Positions 22,321 through 35,473 are shown, counted from the first letter of the whole stretch. The stretch is DNA of 63,547 bases, filler included, from Octopus bimaculoides (GCF_001194135.2; 7 parts of 7 records of this genome joined end to end with filler, not necessarily neighbours in it); one strand, 5' to 3'. Made by a program: numbers and translations. The notes: generated by a model not told the origin, from the letters alone.

Positions 22321-24654
22321 ATATATGGATTTGAGTAACTCAAGATACAAGACTAACTTCTGAATGTCAGTTCATCGAAGGGTTCAATATTGCCATCTTC
22401 TCCACAAGTATCACTGGTACTCAGTATCTACTGAGCGAACCGAAAGTAACATGAAATGAAGTGCTTTTATAAAGGACGCAATGCACAACCCGGTCTGAGA
22501 ATCGAACCCACTACCTTATGATCTTCAGAGACTAACATTCAAACTACTAGACATAGAATATTATTACTCTACACGTGTCATGGTGTTGAAGAAATAAACT
22601 TCCGAATAATCAGTGAGTTTTCGCGACTGAGAAACGTCAAGAATTTCTGAGTGTGTGAGTAACCTGCCACTCCCACAACTTGTCAAAGACTTCATGAAAC
22701 CATAAAGAACCCTGCAAACCGTAACTTTGAAGTCATTGTCANNNNNNNNNNNNNNNNNNNNNNNNNNNNNNNNNNNNNNNNNNNNNNNNNNNNNNNNNNN
22801 NNNNNNNNNNNNNNNNNNNNNNNNNNNNNNNNNNNNNNNNNNNNNNNNNNNNNNNNNNNNNNNNNNNNNNNNNNNNNNNNNNNNNNNNNNNNNNNNNNNN
22901 NNNNNNNNNNNNNNNNNNNNNNNNNNNNNNNNNNNCCCCAGACACCAAAGTCTGGCGATGGGTTTGGGCCCTAGTAGGGGGAGTTCAAAGGTTTTGAAGA
23001 GTGTGGAACCAGCTCTTAGCCACTATTGTTCACAGGTCTGCTCTGGCCTGGAGTAATAAGCACATGTTAAGGTTCCAGCTATAGGTTAACTAGCTTGTGA
23101 ACCACTGAGAATGAAGGATTCCCAGTTCTTGTAAGAACTAGCAGAAAGTAAGCTCGTATAAATAAATAAAAACTGAACAGCATTTGGATTCTGGTCGTCT
23201 CAACCTCTGTACGTGCCACTGGTTTTCTAGCTGATTATGCAGAAAAATTTGGTTCAGTGCTGCGCAACACTTCATCCGCTCAAAAGAAATTCGCACACAA
23301 AAACTTCTTGGACTCTCGGAATGTTGACTTCTCCTTACAAATATATATATATATGTATGTGTGTGTGTGTGTTGTATGTACGTATATAAAATAGCTAATA
23401 ATACTATAGGAGTTAGTCAAGGACCTAGAGTTTCGTATCAAAACACTTGTCAAACTGAAAGAGAAAACCCGAGAAAAGAATAGAATATTCTAGAAAATAA
23501 GCGTTGGTGTTATATATACCCGCTGTATGTATGCATGCATACATATACATATCTGTGTGAAGAGAAAGATAAATGCTTGCATACATAAATTGTGTGTGTG
23601 TGTGTGTATTATATTTATAAATATATATACATACACGCACATAGGTATATGAGAGACTGGTGCTCATTTTATCGACATCGGGTAGAATTTGAACTCAGAA
23701 ACCGCAGTCGATAAAATAACTCAAGTTCAAAGTCGATATAATTGCTACAACATGGCCACAAGTCCAGCGACTGACAACAGCATAAATAAAACAATGACTG
23801 TGTTTTCTGTATTTCTTCATCAGTGCCGTAGTTTAATTAGAAAATCCCTAGCTATGTCCAAGAGCAAACCTTATCGAAGTCAGTCCAGTCGTGACCACCC
23901 CTTCCGTTTCGGGGAGTATCTAAAACTTACATTCTTCACCAATGTATTTCATCTTTAATTATGACAGAAGAATTTGGATTTTATATCAGCAGGTCAAAAC
24001 ACCGACCACAGAATGGCTCCAACGGACGAAGTTGCTGTTTAGCCCAAGGTCAACTGTGAGCGAGAAGATTAACGATCAGAAGCACTCTGGTCATGACCAC
24101 CCTGTTTTTTTAACTATATCTAAGACTGCGTAGAACTGTGTCCTTCCACCCTTTCCTTAAAGCAGTAAAGTGCGATTTAAGAAAATAGTTATTTTTTTTT
24201 AATTCTCAGGTCAGCTTTAATCGAGTAAAATCTATGATCACAAGGATTTCTCGCTGTGACAATCTTGTTCTCTTCGTATGTGCAGGGAAACTCTGTATAG
24301 CAGGGTGTAATCTGAGGGTATATGGGCTATTATTTCTAGCATGCCGAGCGACTATGTAAAGACTGGTGGTGTCAACTACAACGTTAAGACGTACGTGCAT
24401 GTTCTTTACTAAAAGAATGTGACCCAGTCTCTGTCTATCTATTCATCTATCTATCTGACGATAGATAGATAGATAGCCCACCAACTGATTTCAGATTCCA
24501 GGTAGTGAAGGGAGGCGTGGACACACTGAGCAGTGCAAGTTGCCCGAGGGTCGCCCCTCGAGTTTAGGAGTCCAATGCTAGCCTGCGTACGTTCGGTGTG
24601 GTTATGTAGTGATGGCAGAGCATTGCACTGTCCGGGAGCTTAAAATAGACGATC

Positions 24655-24689
<35 letters not shown>

Positions 24690-25005
24690 TATCAATCACT
24701 AAAGGCGAAANNNNNNNNNNACACACACACACTCTTATCAATCACTAAAGGCAAAAGTTACAAATGACAGGTGTTAAAAAATAAAATGTTCACAAATAAC
24801 TCCGAAGGTGAATCGTTGGCTGGATCATATATGCGTGTGTGTGTGTTTTAATCTCGAGTTATAACAAAAATAATTTTAAATTAAACTAAAGCATTACTCA
24901 AATTTTGTAGAGTACATATTTATTTTTCGTTTACAAAGAAAGGTGTTGACTGACTTCGAAGTTTCGGCCTGTTAGCATGTATTTAACTATTTTGTAGTTA
25001 TTGTT

Positions 25006-25047
<42 letters not shown>

Positions 25048-25917
25048 AGCACGAATTTATCTCTATAAACACTCACTATAACGTATATACATTCATTCAA
25101 CTATCTATACACACACATCAGTTTATATATCTACACACGCATAGATACACTCAACTTTCTATCTATGCACAAACTATCTAATATAATTATACGCACGCAC
25201 ACACTCACACTCGTTAATCCCAGTACCAAAAGCAACAACAAGACTAATATAAAGAACGAGGTATAAACAGCCAGCCGGGTAACTGACGAGGAAGCTTCTG
25301 TACGATGGTTCGACCTGTTAGAAATAGCAGCCAAATATATCTCAAATCATAGTCTACAACCTAAGGAAAAGAAATGACACACTTGACCATGTCAGTCAGT
25401 CCCACACACCCTTCAATAGACAGGACGATCGTGATTGGAGTGTTGGAATGTTTTTGTGCATAGGTGTTTTCTAATCTGGATTGACCTGGGTTTAAACAGC
25501 AACAATAACGAGGGAGCCATCGGGTGGTCACTCGACCTGCTAGAAATAGCAGTCAGACATCTACATTCATACTTCAGCTGCTAGAAATAGCAGCCAAACA
25601 GTCCTCAATTCGCACCTCATCGTTTTCTTTCTTTTGTTTTTAAAAAAGAAACTACATTGGATCATGTCGGATGCCGCTTAGGAAACTATATCAGAAATGA
25701 TGGTCCAGGCTAGAATACTTTTGCTCTGGGTTTGTTCTGGGGCTAAATACCAAAACATCAGTCGTCACATTATCTCCTCTTCCTCCCCTTCCTCCTCCTC
25801 CTAAATAATCATCCAAACAAAGATACAATGGAAGGGGTTGCGATGAGGAAGGGTAGCCATGGGAGTTAGGGTGGGTGAAGAAAAAAAGAGAGGGGTTCAA
25901 GGGATTTGCTTGCTTAC

Positions 25918-26093
25918 CTTTTCAAATGCGCCAGCCTTTCTTCCTCACTGGCAATGTAGTCTTTGAGTAGAATCGCTATCTCCTGTTCAGTTTGTAGTGT
26001 CTTTTCGAGTTCCACCATAGCTGTGAAAATCTCCGATCGAACCGTGTGTAGGGCGACCACAAGACACAGGCAGACATGTGCCAGAAGATGCAT
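25918..26093 (-). CDS. P4HA: Prolyl 4-hydroxylase alpha subunit, first coding exon (signal peptide + start of N-terminal helical domain)
   Basis: Manual translation MHLLAHVCLCLVVALHTVRS-EIFTAMVELEKTLQTEQEIAILLKDYIASEEERLAHLK(AG). It matches the P4H alpha N-terminal pattern E-x-F-T-[AS]...E...L-K-[DE]-Y-I...E-E..L..[LI]K after a hydrophobic signal peptide. Ends at AG|GTAAG (phase 2). At 58 codons it is below the ORF-track cutoff. Confidence 0.85.
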
Positions 26094-26845
26094 TTTGGGT
26101 TTTTAATTATTAATTAATATTTACTCGTGGAATGCGTGATGTGGGTATGATGGCTGTCTGTATGTATGTTGTGATCTCTGTGTGCGTGTGTATTTATATT
26201 AATGTATATATATATATATATATATATATTATGATGTATATTATGTTTACATATACGATTATGTGTTGTGATATAGTTGTATGTGCGTGCTATATATGCG
26301 TGTGTATATATACATATATGATAAGTATTATATTTATCTGTGTCTACATAGATATATGTATTGTGTATGTGATGTGTGTGCGTGACCGAGCTCCTAGATA
26401 TACGAAAAAGTGTTGACGGTTGATGAATTATTATTGCTGATGATGTGGATTGTGAATGTTGTTGTTTGGATCCGCTGTGTGTTGCTTTTCCTAACTGGTG
26501 ATGGTGATGGTGGTGGTGGTTGTTGTTGTTGTTGCGCTTGTGGTAATAGTAATGTTAGTGAATTGCTTTTTTTTTTTCCTTTTTACTTTTTGCTTCTAGT
26601 CTTGTCGGTGTTTTCTTTCTAGAAAACCAATAGTCGTGGTAGTGATGGTGGTGGTAGTAGTAAGAGTAGTAGTAGTAGTAGTAGTATTAATGGTAGTGAT
26701 GATGATGATGATAACCTTGCCGGGATATATATTTTAGGGAGGGGTTCTATGTGAATTATGAGGAAACGAAGAGAATGTCTCGTATAAGATAGAAAGGAAG
26801 GAAGAAAAAAGTTTAGAAGTGCGTGTGGGTGAAGAATGACAATTG

Positions 26846-26890
<45 letters not shown>

Positions 26891-28365
26891 NNNNNNNNNN
26901 GTATGTATGTGATGGCGAGAGATGATGAGTTTTGTGAAAGAGTTTAGTGACAAGGTGAGAGAAAAGGAGAAAGACCTTGTTATGAAGGAACAAGGAAGAT
27001 ATATTTCGATATATTAAGATATCTAAAGAAAAAAGTAATGCACGATAGATCGAGCCAAAAAGGAATTATGTGTGCGTGTGTGAGTAATTAATCGGAGAGA
27101 TGATCGAAAGCTAATTAGTAAAACGGACCCTGAAATTAATTAAATATTACATCTTCTACCGTTATTAATACTTCTACTAACGATCGCAACAACAACAATT
27201 GCAATAAAAGAAGTTTTTTGTGAGTCGTTGTTAAACTTTTTGGATTTTTTGTTTTCCTGAAAAGTTTAACAATAAAAATGGTTTTAGTTTTGTTTGCTTT
27301 TGGTGGTGGCTTTCTTTTAAGCTTATTATTTTTGGTTTAAAAAAAAGTGCTGTGAAAGCCAAAGTGGTTCTGGTGAAATGGTCGAATGTTTGGTGCTAAA
27401 ATAGGAAGAATGATGTGGTGAAAGAATATATTAGGTGAATGAGTGAGAGAGACAGAGAGAGGATGTGAGAGAGAGAGAGAGAAATGCGAGGAGAGAGGAA
27501 TTCACGTGTTTGAGTGAGAAAGAGAGAAAGCGATGAGAAAGAAAGGAGCGGAATTAGAGAAGAAAAGAGATAAAGAGGAGGAAATTCTAGAAAGGGGTGA
27601 AATTACGACTGGGTGGTGGAAGTAGAGAGAGAGAGAGAGAGAGAGATAGACAGATATTTAGAGTGGGAGGAAGAAATGAAGGGTGTCGAGAGAGGGAAGA
27701 AGTAATAGTTAATGAGAGAAGGGGAAAGTGTTTCAGTGAATGAGACCTAAGGAGACATCAACAAAAGAGAAAGTGTATAAAATACATAAAAGGAGAAAGA
27801 GAGAGAGAGGGGGGGGACTACTGAGGTGAAGAATGTAACGAAGGGAGGATTTAAAAGTGTTAAATGTTGGAGTAGCAGTGAGAGAGTGAAAAAGTGTGCA
27901 GGGTTAATGAAACAAGAAAATAGATTGAAAACTGGATGAATGCGTATAAAAAAAGATATATATCAAGATGGTTAATGAAAACAGGATTAGATTTATGGTT
28001 AGAAACGTTGATAAATAGTAAAACGAAAAAAAGTGAAGGGTAAGGTGTTGGAGAGAGAGTGTTTGAATGAGTGATATAAAAATAGGAGTGGAGATATGGA
28101 AATTGTAAATGAAAGGAAACCGGAGAAAGAGAAGGGGTAGGGAGAGAATCAAAAAGCAGTGTGGAAGACGGCGAAACGAAAAGTTTTTAGTTTTTGAGTG
28201 GTTGATAGGACAATGTTCTAGTGACAGTCGTGGCACTTCGTATTTTGCGTTTATTTATTTTGTAAATCTACTTGTTGCCAAAATGAATATCAAATTGTCA
28301 TATAAAATGTTTCTTCTCATGCATAGATGTTTTTCTTTATTTTTATTATTTATTTTAAAGAGAGG

Positions 28366-28367
<2 letters not shown>

Positions 28368-28447
<80 letters not shown>
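28368..28447. repeat. (AT)n microsatellite
   Basis: Direct. Other long arrays: (AAT)n 48446-48561, (AGT)n 51024-51083, (ATCT)n 51565-51687. Confidence 0.95.
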
Positions 28448-28454
<7 letters not shown>

Positions 28455-29942
28455 AGCAAAAATTTATTTTTTATTTTGCTAGTAAATATGCATATATTTC
28501 CTTTCATGTGTAAAATTTATTAACAGTTTCACGGTGGTGCATCAGCATGGCCGCAGCTCTGAGCTGAAACTTTGAAATGAAATGAAATGAAATACACTTA
28601 TGTATAAAGACAAGTAATACAAAATCGTTAACGAAACGAAACCTATGTATAATTTTCACTGAACTGAGCGAAACGATTCATTTATGGACAAAAACACAAC
28701 AAAAGCCTGGGAAGTGAAGATTAGTAGTTAGTAATTTTATTTAATGTTTGCACAGACCATCACATTCACTTGGAATATTATGTTTAGCTCTGGGTCAACC
28801 GTCAACGAGCATACTTATGATGTGAGGCAGCCTAGCATGCTCATATCTTTTTTTTTTTTAAACGCTTTTCTAGGTCTCCCCTAATTTTTAAAGGATAAGA
28901 TACTATTAGAGGGAATGTGGGTTGCTCTTTCTAGCTGATCGAGTGACATAGAGACCTCCGCAACATAGAGATTTTCTTTGAAGCAGATAAACAATGGCAT
29001 ATCGTGGTTCGAAGCATTGTCCTTCTTGGATCATGTATTAAATAAATAACTGCATGCACGTTAGCATTTTGTTATCTCCAATTCGCTCCTGAATTTCTCC
29101 GATCAAAGGCATTCCAATCATGACCATATCGTCTGTCTTTTTTTTCCCCCCTTAGGCATAGTCTACCCAGACTAACTTATTCAATGTATGTATCTTTTTT
29201 TAAAGACAAGTAGTTGAGTGGATGTGTGATTTAAGGAAGATTTGGCTATTGTTTCTACCATGTCCAACGACATCACGTAGACGCCTCCGTTATTCATATG
29301 ATCATCTGTTATTGTCAGTATTTGAAACTTAAACTTCAGGAACGTGGGTGGCGGGTCGTTCGGTGACTGGATATCCTGAAAAAGTGGCATTTCAGCATGT
29401 ATATGTTTTCACGAGCTTGTTAAACCTTCGTGAACCTCCAACTAAAAAACGAAAAAAAAGTGTCAACGTCATCACATTCTGAAACACTAACCGTTTTCTT
29501 TCTCGAAGAAACGGTGACGGTGCCTATATGTGGCTGCTAGATATAGCAACCAATTTTCCCTCAAATCACCACCACAACCATCGCCTTAACATCTTAAAAG
29601 CAAAGCCACCTTGGTATGTCTTGTAAACAGGACACGTTGGATAATGTANNNNNNNNNNNNNNNNNNNNNNNNNNNNNNNNNNNNNNNNNNNNNNNNNNNN
29701 NNNNNNNNNNNNNNNNNNNNNNNNNNNNNNNNNNNNNNNNNNNNNNNNNNNNNNNNNNNNNNNNNNNNNNNNNNNNNNNNNNNNNNNNNNNNNNNNNNNN
29801 NNNNNNNNNNNNNNNNNNNNNNNNNNNNNNNNNNNNNNNNNNNNNNNNNNNNNNNNNNNNNNNNNNNNNNNNNNNNNNNNNNNNNNNNNNNNNNNNNNNN
29901 NNNNNNNNNNNNNNNNNNNNNNNNNNNNNNNNNNNNNNTCTT

Positions 29943-29975
<33 letters not shown>

Positions 29976-30899
29976 TTATATATGTATATATGTAATCTAT
30001 GTATTTATTTACATGAAGTTAGATATATGTCCAGTCATGGAGTGGCCGATGGTTTTGCATCCATAAAGCACTTAGCTTTATAGTGGTTTTAGAGGGACAA
30101 AGACATACACACATATATGTATGTATGTATACATATATATGACGGACTTCTTTCAGTTTCCATCAACGAAATCCACTCACAAGGCTTTGGTCAGCCCAAA
30201 GTTATAGTAGAAAATACTTGCCATGCAGTGGGACTGAACCCAGAACCACGTGGTTGGGCTGCAAACATCTTACCTTACCACACAGCCACACCTGTGCCTA
30301 TATTAATCCTTGAAGTTCTGCAATACCAGGCCATCCTGTGTCAAAGGTGAAGCAAGCTTCTAACTCTTCATCTTTTTCTAAACATCAGTTTAATAGGGAC
30401 TGTATCAGATATTAAGCTGACAAGAATCAAATATTATTAGGAATCGTACAAAAAAATTGTTAAATTATTTTGTATGTTGTAGAAGTATAACCAATTTATT
30501 GTAGATAGATTTTAAAAAATCTTATATGGACTCCAATTGAGAACTACTGCACTAAACCATCAGTATGTCTCCTTCCACCTGCAAGTGGCTGCTCTGTGTG
30601 GTGACCATACTTTGCACACCCCGTGCTACACTACTACCGTAATGCTTTTGATCATGGCAAGTCTGGCCCAGGGTTAAACAAAGATGATGAGGATTTAACC
30701 TTTTAGCATTCACATTATTCTGTCTAAAGTAATGCTAATTTATATTGTTTTGAATTATTCATTATCTTGTAGCTTTAAGATTTTGATGAGGTAACTGTTA
30801 ATTTTTAGAATGACATTACAGGGTTGGTGTGAGAGGCCAAATCTGCCCACTTTGTGCATAAAACAGGTAGAATATTTTGGCTGGGTTAAATGCTAAAGG

Positions 30900-31248
30900 C
30901 TTATCGACTATCAGATGGCCCGAACACATAAGCAATATGGAGCTATGGCAAAGAACGAATCAAGTTTCGATTAGAGAGCAAATATTTAAGAGAAAGTGGA
31001 AGTGGATTGGTAGCACAATTAGAAAGGACACACCAAATGCAGCGAAAAGTGCTTTACAATGGAATCCGGATGGATATAGAAAGAAGGGTAGGCCTAAGAA
31101 CTTGTGGCGTAGATCAACACAAAAGGAACTAGAGAAAGGGGAACATTCATGGCAGAGTATAAGTACAGAAGCGAGAAATCATGCGACATGGAATTCAATT
31201 ATAAGTGGCCTATACTCCGCGTTGGAGGGTTAAAGGCAAGAAAGAAAG
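30900..31248 (+). mobile_element. 5'-truncated RTE LINE with 12-bp target-site duplication
   Basis: RTE C-terminus (RWPEHISN.ELW..T...KWKWIG...ALQWNPDG.RKKGRPKN.WRR), stop at 31231-31233, (AAAG)n tail, and AAATGCTAAAGG at both 30888-30899 and 31249-31260. Confidence 0.9.
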
Positions 31249-31688
31249 AAATGCTAAAGGATTTATACAAAATGTTGCTTGTCTCTGAAAGAATTCATTT
31301 GATGTTTTAACCAATAATAGTTATTTATTTCTGCAAATCTACTTCAAATAAAGCTGTGTTATTTCCTATTTGCTTAACCCTAAAAAGTATGAAAAATGGT
31401 AAATATTTCCTTCAAACTTTGCTTTTGTTGCATCTATTCAAACCCCAAAGAATCCCTCTCAACACATAGCTATGATGATCCCCAACTGCTCATGATCAGA
31501 GATGCGCAAATTGTCAGCCACTAAAGGACATGCTCTAGTAGTTAAGGTCAAGTAAATCTCTTGTATTGAGCAGAATATTAGCTAAAATGATATTTCTGCT
31601 TCAGCACTGAATCTGTCTGAAATGTAATGGTCAGTTTGAAAACATTGATGTCCAGGTCACAAAAGCAAAGTTTGAAGGGAATAAGTGC

Positions 31689-32068
31689 AGGCGTAGCTGT
31701 GCAGTAAAAAGTTTGCTTCCCAACCACATAGTTCCAGGTTCAATCCCACTGTGTGGCACTGTGGGCATGTGTATTCTACTGTAGCCTTGGGCCAACCAAA
31801 GCCTTGTGAGTGGATTTGGTAGACGGAAACTGAAAGAAGCCTGTTGTATACATATATATATGTGTCTGTGTTTGTCCCACTGCCACCGCTTGACAACCGG
31901 TGTTGGTATAATGTTCACATCACCATAACTTATCAGTTCAGCAAAGAGACTGATAGAATGAGTGCCAGGCTTAAAACAAAAAAGTACTGGGTTGATTCAT
32001 TCGACTGAAAGTTCATCAAGTTGGTATCCCAGCATGGCCACAGTCTAATGACTGAAACAAATCAAAGA
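31689..32068 (+). mobile_element. tRNA-derived SINE (major family)
   Basis: Full-length similarity to 32913-33305. Confidence 0.85.
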
Positions 32069-32153
32069 GAAAACATTTCCTTTGTTTTCTAGACAGAAGC
32101 AAATAGCAAACACTTACTGACCAAAGACAAAAGAAAATTAAATTGTGTTACAC

Positions 32154-32555
32154 AGTGTGGCTGTGTGGTAAGAAGCTTGCTTCTCAACCACATTGTTCTG
32201 GATTCAGTCCCACCACATGGCACCTTGGGTAAGTGTCTTCTACTATAGCATCAGTCGAACCAAAGTCTTGTGAGTAGATTTGGTAAACAGAAACTAAAAA
32301 GAAGCCCAGTATATATATATATATATTTATTTATTTATTTTTGGGTGTGTCTTTGTGTCTGTCCCCCCACCATTGCTTGACAATTCATGTTGGCGTATTT
32401 ATGTCCCCATAACTTAACGGTTCAACAAAAGGGACCAATAGAATAAGTACTAGTCTTACAAATAATAAGTCCTGGGGTTGATTTCTTTGACTAAAACCTT
32501 TTAAGGTGGTGCTCCAGCACGGCCACTGTCAAATGACTGAAACCTGTAAAAGAAT
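32154..32555 (+). mobile_element. tRNA-derived SINE (major family)
   Basis: Full-length similarity to 32913-33305. Confidence 0.85.
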
Positions 32556-32912
32556 AAGAGTGTAGAAAAAAAAATAAAATGTGCAATATACTTTGTAAAC
32601 CTTCTTTACATATTGATTTAAATTTCAAGCTTTGAAACCCACATCAATATCTGCTTTCCGTGCTGGCATGGGTTGGAGTTATGGTCAGAGTCAGCATGTA
32701 TTCAAGGCTACTGCTCACTTGGATGAGTCAACCGCATCCCACTTGCATTTCATTTTTGGTTTGGTATCTATGGCCAGATGCCCTTTCTAACACCAACCAC
32801 TTTACAGTATATCTATGCCACACACACTAACACACATTGACAGAACCATTAGAGTGTGTCTGTGTGTCCTTGTTTTCAGATCATATTATAGTTCTGGACT
32901 AGTATCACAGTA

Positions 32913-33305
32913 GGAGTGGCTGTGTGGTAAGTAGCTTGCTTACCAACCACATGGTTCCGGGTTCAGTCCCACTGCGTGGCATTTTGGGCAAGTGTCTTCT
33001 ACTATAGCCTCGGTCCGACCAAAGCCTTGTGAGTGGATTTGGTAGACTGAAACTGAAAGAAGCCCATCGTATGTATGTATATGTATGTATGTGTGTGTAT
33101 ATGTTTGCGTGTCTGTGTTTGTCCCCCCAACATGGCTTGACAACCGATGCTGGTGTGTTTACGTCCCCGTAACTTAGCGGTTCGGCAAAAGATACTGATA
33201 GAATAAGTACTAGACTTCCAAAGAATAAGTCCTGGGGTCGATTTGCTCGACTAAAGGCGGTGCTCCAGCATGGCCACAGTCAAATGACTGAAATAAGTAA
33301 AAGAG
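32913..33305 (+). mobile_element. tRNA-derived SINE (major family), best-preserved copy
   Basis: Head GTGGCTGTGTGGTAAG...GGTTCCGGGTTCAGTCCCACTG, internal microsatellite, tail GGCGGTGCTCCAGCATGGCCACAGTC...ACTGAAA. Other copies lie at about 30050-30300(-), 34638-35018, 36290-36420, 38418-38770, 41955-42333(-), 50190-50750 (interrupted), 59140-59280 and 61030-61390(-). Confidence 0.9.
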
Positions 33306-33454
33306 TAATATTTAACACTGACTTTGTTTTGTAAGTAATCTGCAATTCTAGGGTTCCGCCACCTCTCTGCTACACCTTTGTCTTTAATCACCTTCATTCT
33401 TCATCTGACATAAGTTTGCGACTTTAATCCTTTTGTTACTGTATTTTTGTTGAG

Positions 33455-33720
33455 GACAATGTACTGCAATAGCTTGAGATTCAAGAGCCCATGGCTATTT
33501 AATGTTTTACCAAAACATTTGAGGGATCTTCATGGATTCGAGGGTAGATGTTTTCAAGAAACAACTTGACTTCCTGCTATCCAAGGACAAAGATGAACCA
33601 ATATCAGAGCAGGAGACTCAAAAGAGGGAAGCAGTATCAAACTCTCTCCTTCACCAAGTGCCAATCACATAAGATTGGCCATTGAAAAGGCAGTGCCACA
33701 GCCTTAGGGCTGAAACATAT
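33455..33720 (+). mobile_element. CR1/Jockey-group LINE 3' fragment
   Basis: LRFKSPWLFNVLPKHLRDLHG / DVFKKQLDFLLSK..DEP...REAVSNSL, the C-terminal pattern of CR1-group ORF2, followed by a short tail. Confidence 0.7.
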
Positions 33721-34237
33721 AAAAGTATAAAATAATAATGAAGAATCTAGTGAAATAATGTCATTATTGAGCTGATGTTTTGATCATAAATTAACCTAAA
33801 AATTTTGATGGAAGACGGTTTTAATTTATATCACTTTAAAGCCAGAGATTTGTACTATAGAACCAAACGTGGTCTCAGCTTGGTATCAAAAGCATTAATC
33901 AAGGTCTCCATTGTAACAGCATTAATTGTTCTTAATTATTCAAATTGGATATTTAATCTTTGAAATTGGTACTACTATTATCCAAGGCTACATCAATTAT
34001 CTTTTAATTACCTAGTCCCCTGATAATCCTCAATAGTTAATCTAATATAAACAATTATTCTTACTTAAAGATACTAATACCACCTTAACACCTTCAGTGT
34101 TACCCTCTAAGCTGTTTAACCCTTTTGATTCCAATTCACCTGAAACTGTCTTTGGTTCTATGATACAAACTTCCTGTGTAAAGTGATTTGAATTAAAGCC
34201 TCCCTTCAAAACGCTAATTTATGTTTGAAATACCAAC

Positions 34238-34469
34238 TTAACCCTTTCGATACCAACCTGGCTGAAATCACCTCTGGTTCTGTAGTACATATGTCTTGTT
34301 TTCATAAGTTTTGAATTAAAATTTTCCACCAAACCCTAGTCACAATTTATGTTCCTAACACTAGCTTAATGATAACTAAGTTATTATACTAAATTCTTTC
34401 TTATATTTAAAATTGATTGGAAAAAAAACATAGGGCATCTCAAAATAAATATGGTAGCAAAAGGGTGAA
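34238..34469. mobile_element. piggyBac-type MITE
   Basis: TTAA|CCCTTTCGATACCA ... TGGTAGCAAAAGGG|TGAA. Related copies at 40493-40677, 41397-41620 and 55275-55559. Confidence 0.7.
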
Positions 34470-34790
34470 TAATGGTTTCAAATTTTGGCACCAGGCCAAC
34501 AATTTGGGGGAGGGGGTAAGTCCATTAGATCAACCCTAGAGTTCAACTGGTCCTTCTTTTATTGACCCCCAAAAGGATGAAATGCAAAGTCAGTCTCAGT
34601 AGAGTTTGAACTCAAAATGTAAAGATGATATTGGCACAGGTGTGGCTGTGTGGTGAAAAGCTTGCTTCTCAACCAAATGGTTCCGGGTTCAGTCCCACTG
34701 TGTGGCAAATGTCTTCTATTATAGCCTTGGGCTGACCAAAGCCTTGTGAGATGATTTGGTAGATGGAAACTGAAAGAAGCCCTTTGTATG

Positions 34791-34823
<33 letters not shown>

Positions 34824-35090
34824 NNNNNNNNNNCCCCCATCACTATTGACAACTGGTGTTGGTGTGTTTATGTCCTCATAACTTAGCAGTTCAGCAAAAC
34901 TGACTGATAGAATAAGTACTAGGCTTCAAAAATAAGCCCTGCAGTCTATTTGTTCGACTAAAAACCCTTCAAGATGGTGCTCCAGCATGGCCACAGTCAA
35001 ATGACTGAAACCAGTAAATGAACGGACAAAATACCACTAAGCGTTTTGCCTGGTGTGCTAATGATTCTGCCAGCTCACTGCCTTTAAATA

Positions 35091-35473
35091 TCAACTTAAT
35101 TATGACAATTATTTTACAGCAATCAATTGGTTTGGGTCTCCAAGAAATGAAAGTATTTGTTCGGCAAGTTCCATATAAAATGTTTGTTTTTTTGCAGCTG
35201 AACAGTGAAAAACACAGTCTCACACCCACACACTCGCACACATATTCATTGTCTTTAATTTGTATGTATGTATATCTAGATATGTAAGTGAGTGTGTATT
35301 GGCATGTGTGTGTGACTGTTGAAGTCGTTCATGCAAATGAAAAAACAATGTGTGACTGTTTTTCAGTGTTCAGCTGCAAAAAATAAACATTTTATACGAA
35401 ACTTTCATTTCTTGGAGACCAATAACCAATTGATTGCCTATTTTACTAATTGTCTTCATTAATTTCAAAATTG
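35091..35473. repeat. Foldback element, ~130-bp imperfect inverted arms
   Basis: 35091-35225 is the reverse complement of 35349-35473 (e.g. GGTCTCCAAGAAATGAAAGT / ACTTTCATTTCTTGGAGACC). Confidence 0.8.

Noticed and set aside
24660-24755. Direct duplication across a 10-N gap (similar at 51945-52070)
   Set aside because: Overlapping contig ends or haplotype overlap at microsatellites; assembly artefact.
29181-29390. 69-aa minus ORF upstream of P4HA (and 24206-24400)
   Set aside because: Both run into the dispersed CTAGAAATAGCAGCC repeat and have no recognisable domain.
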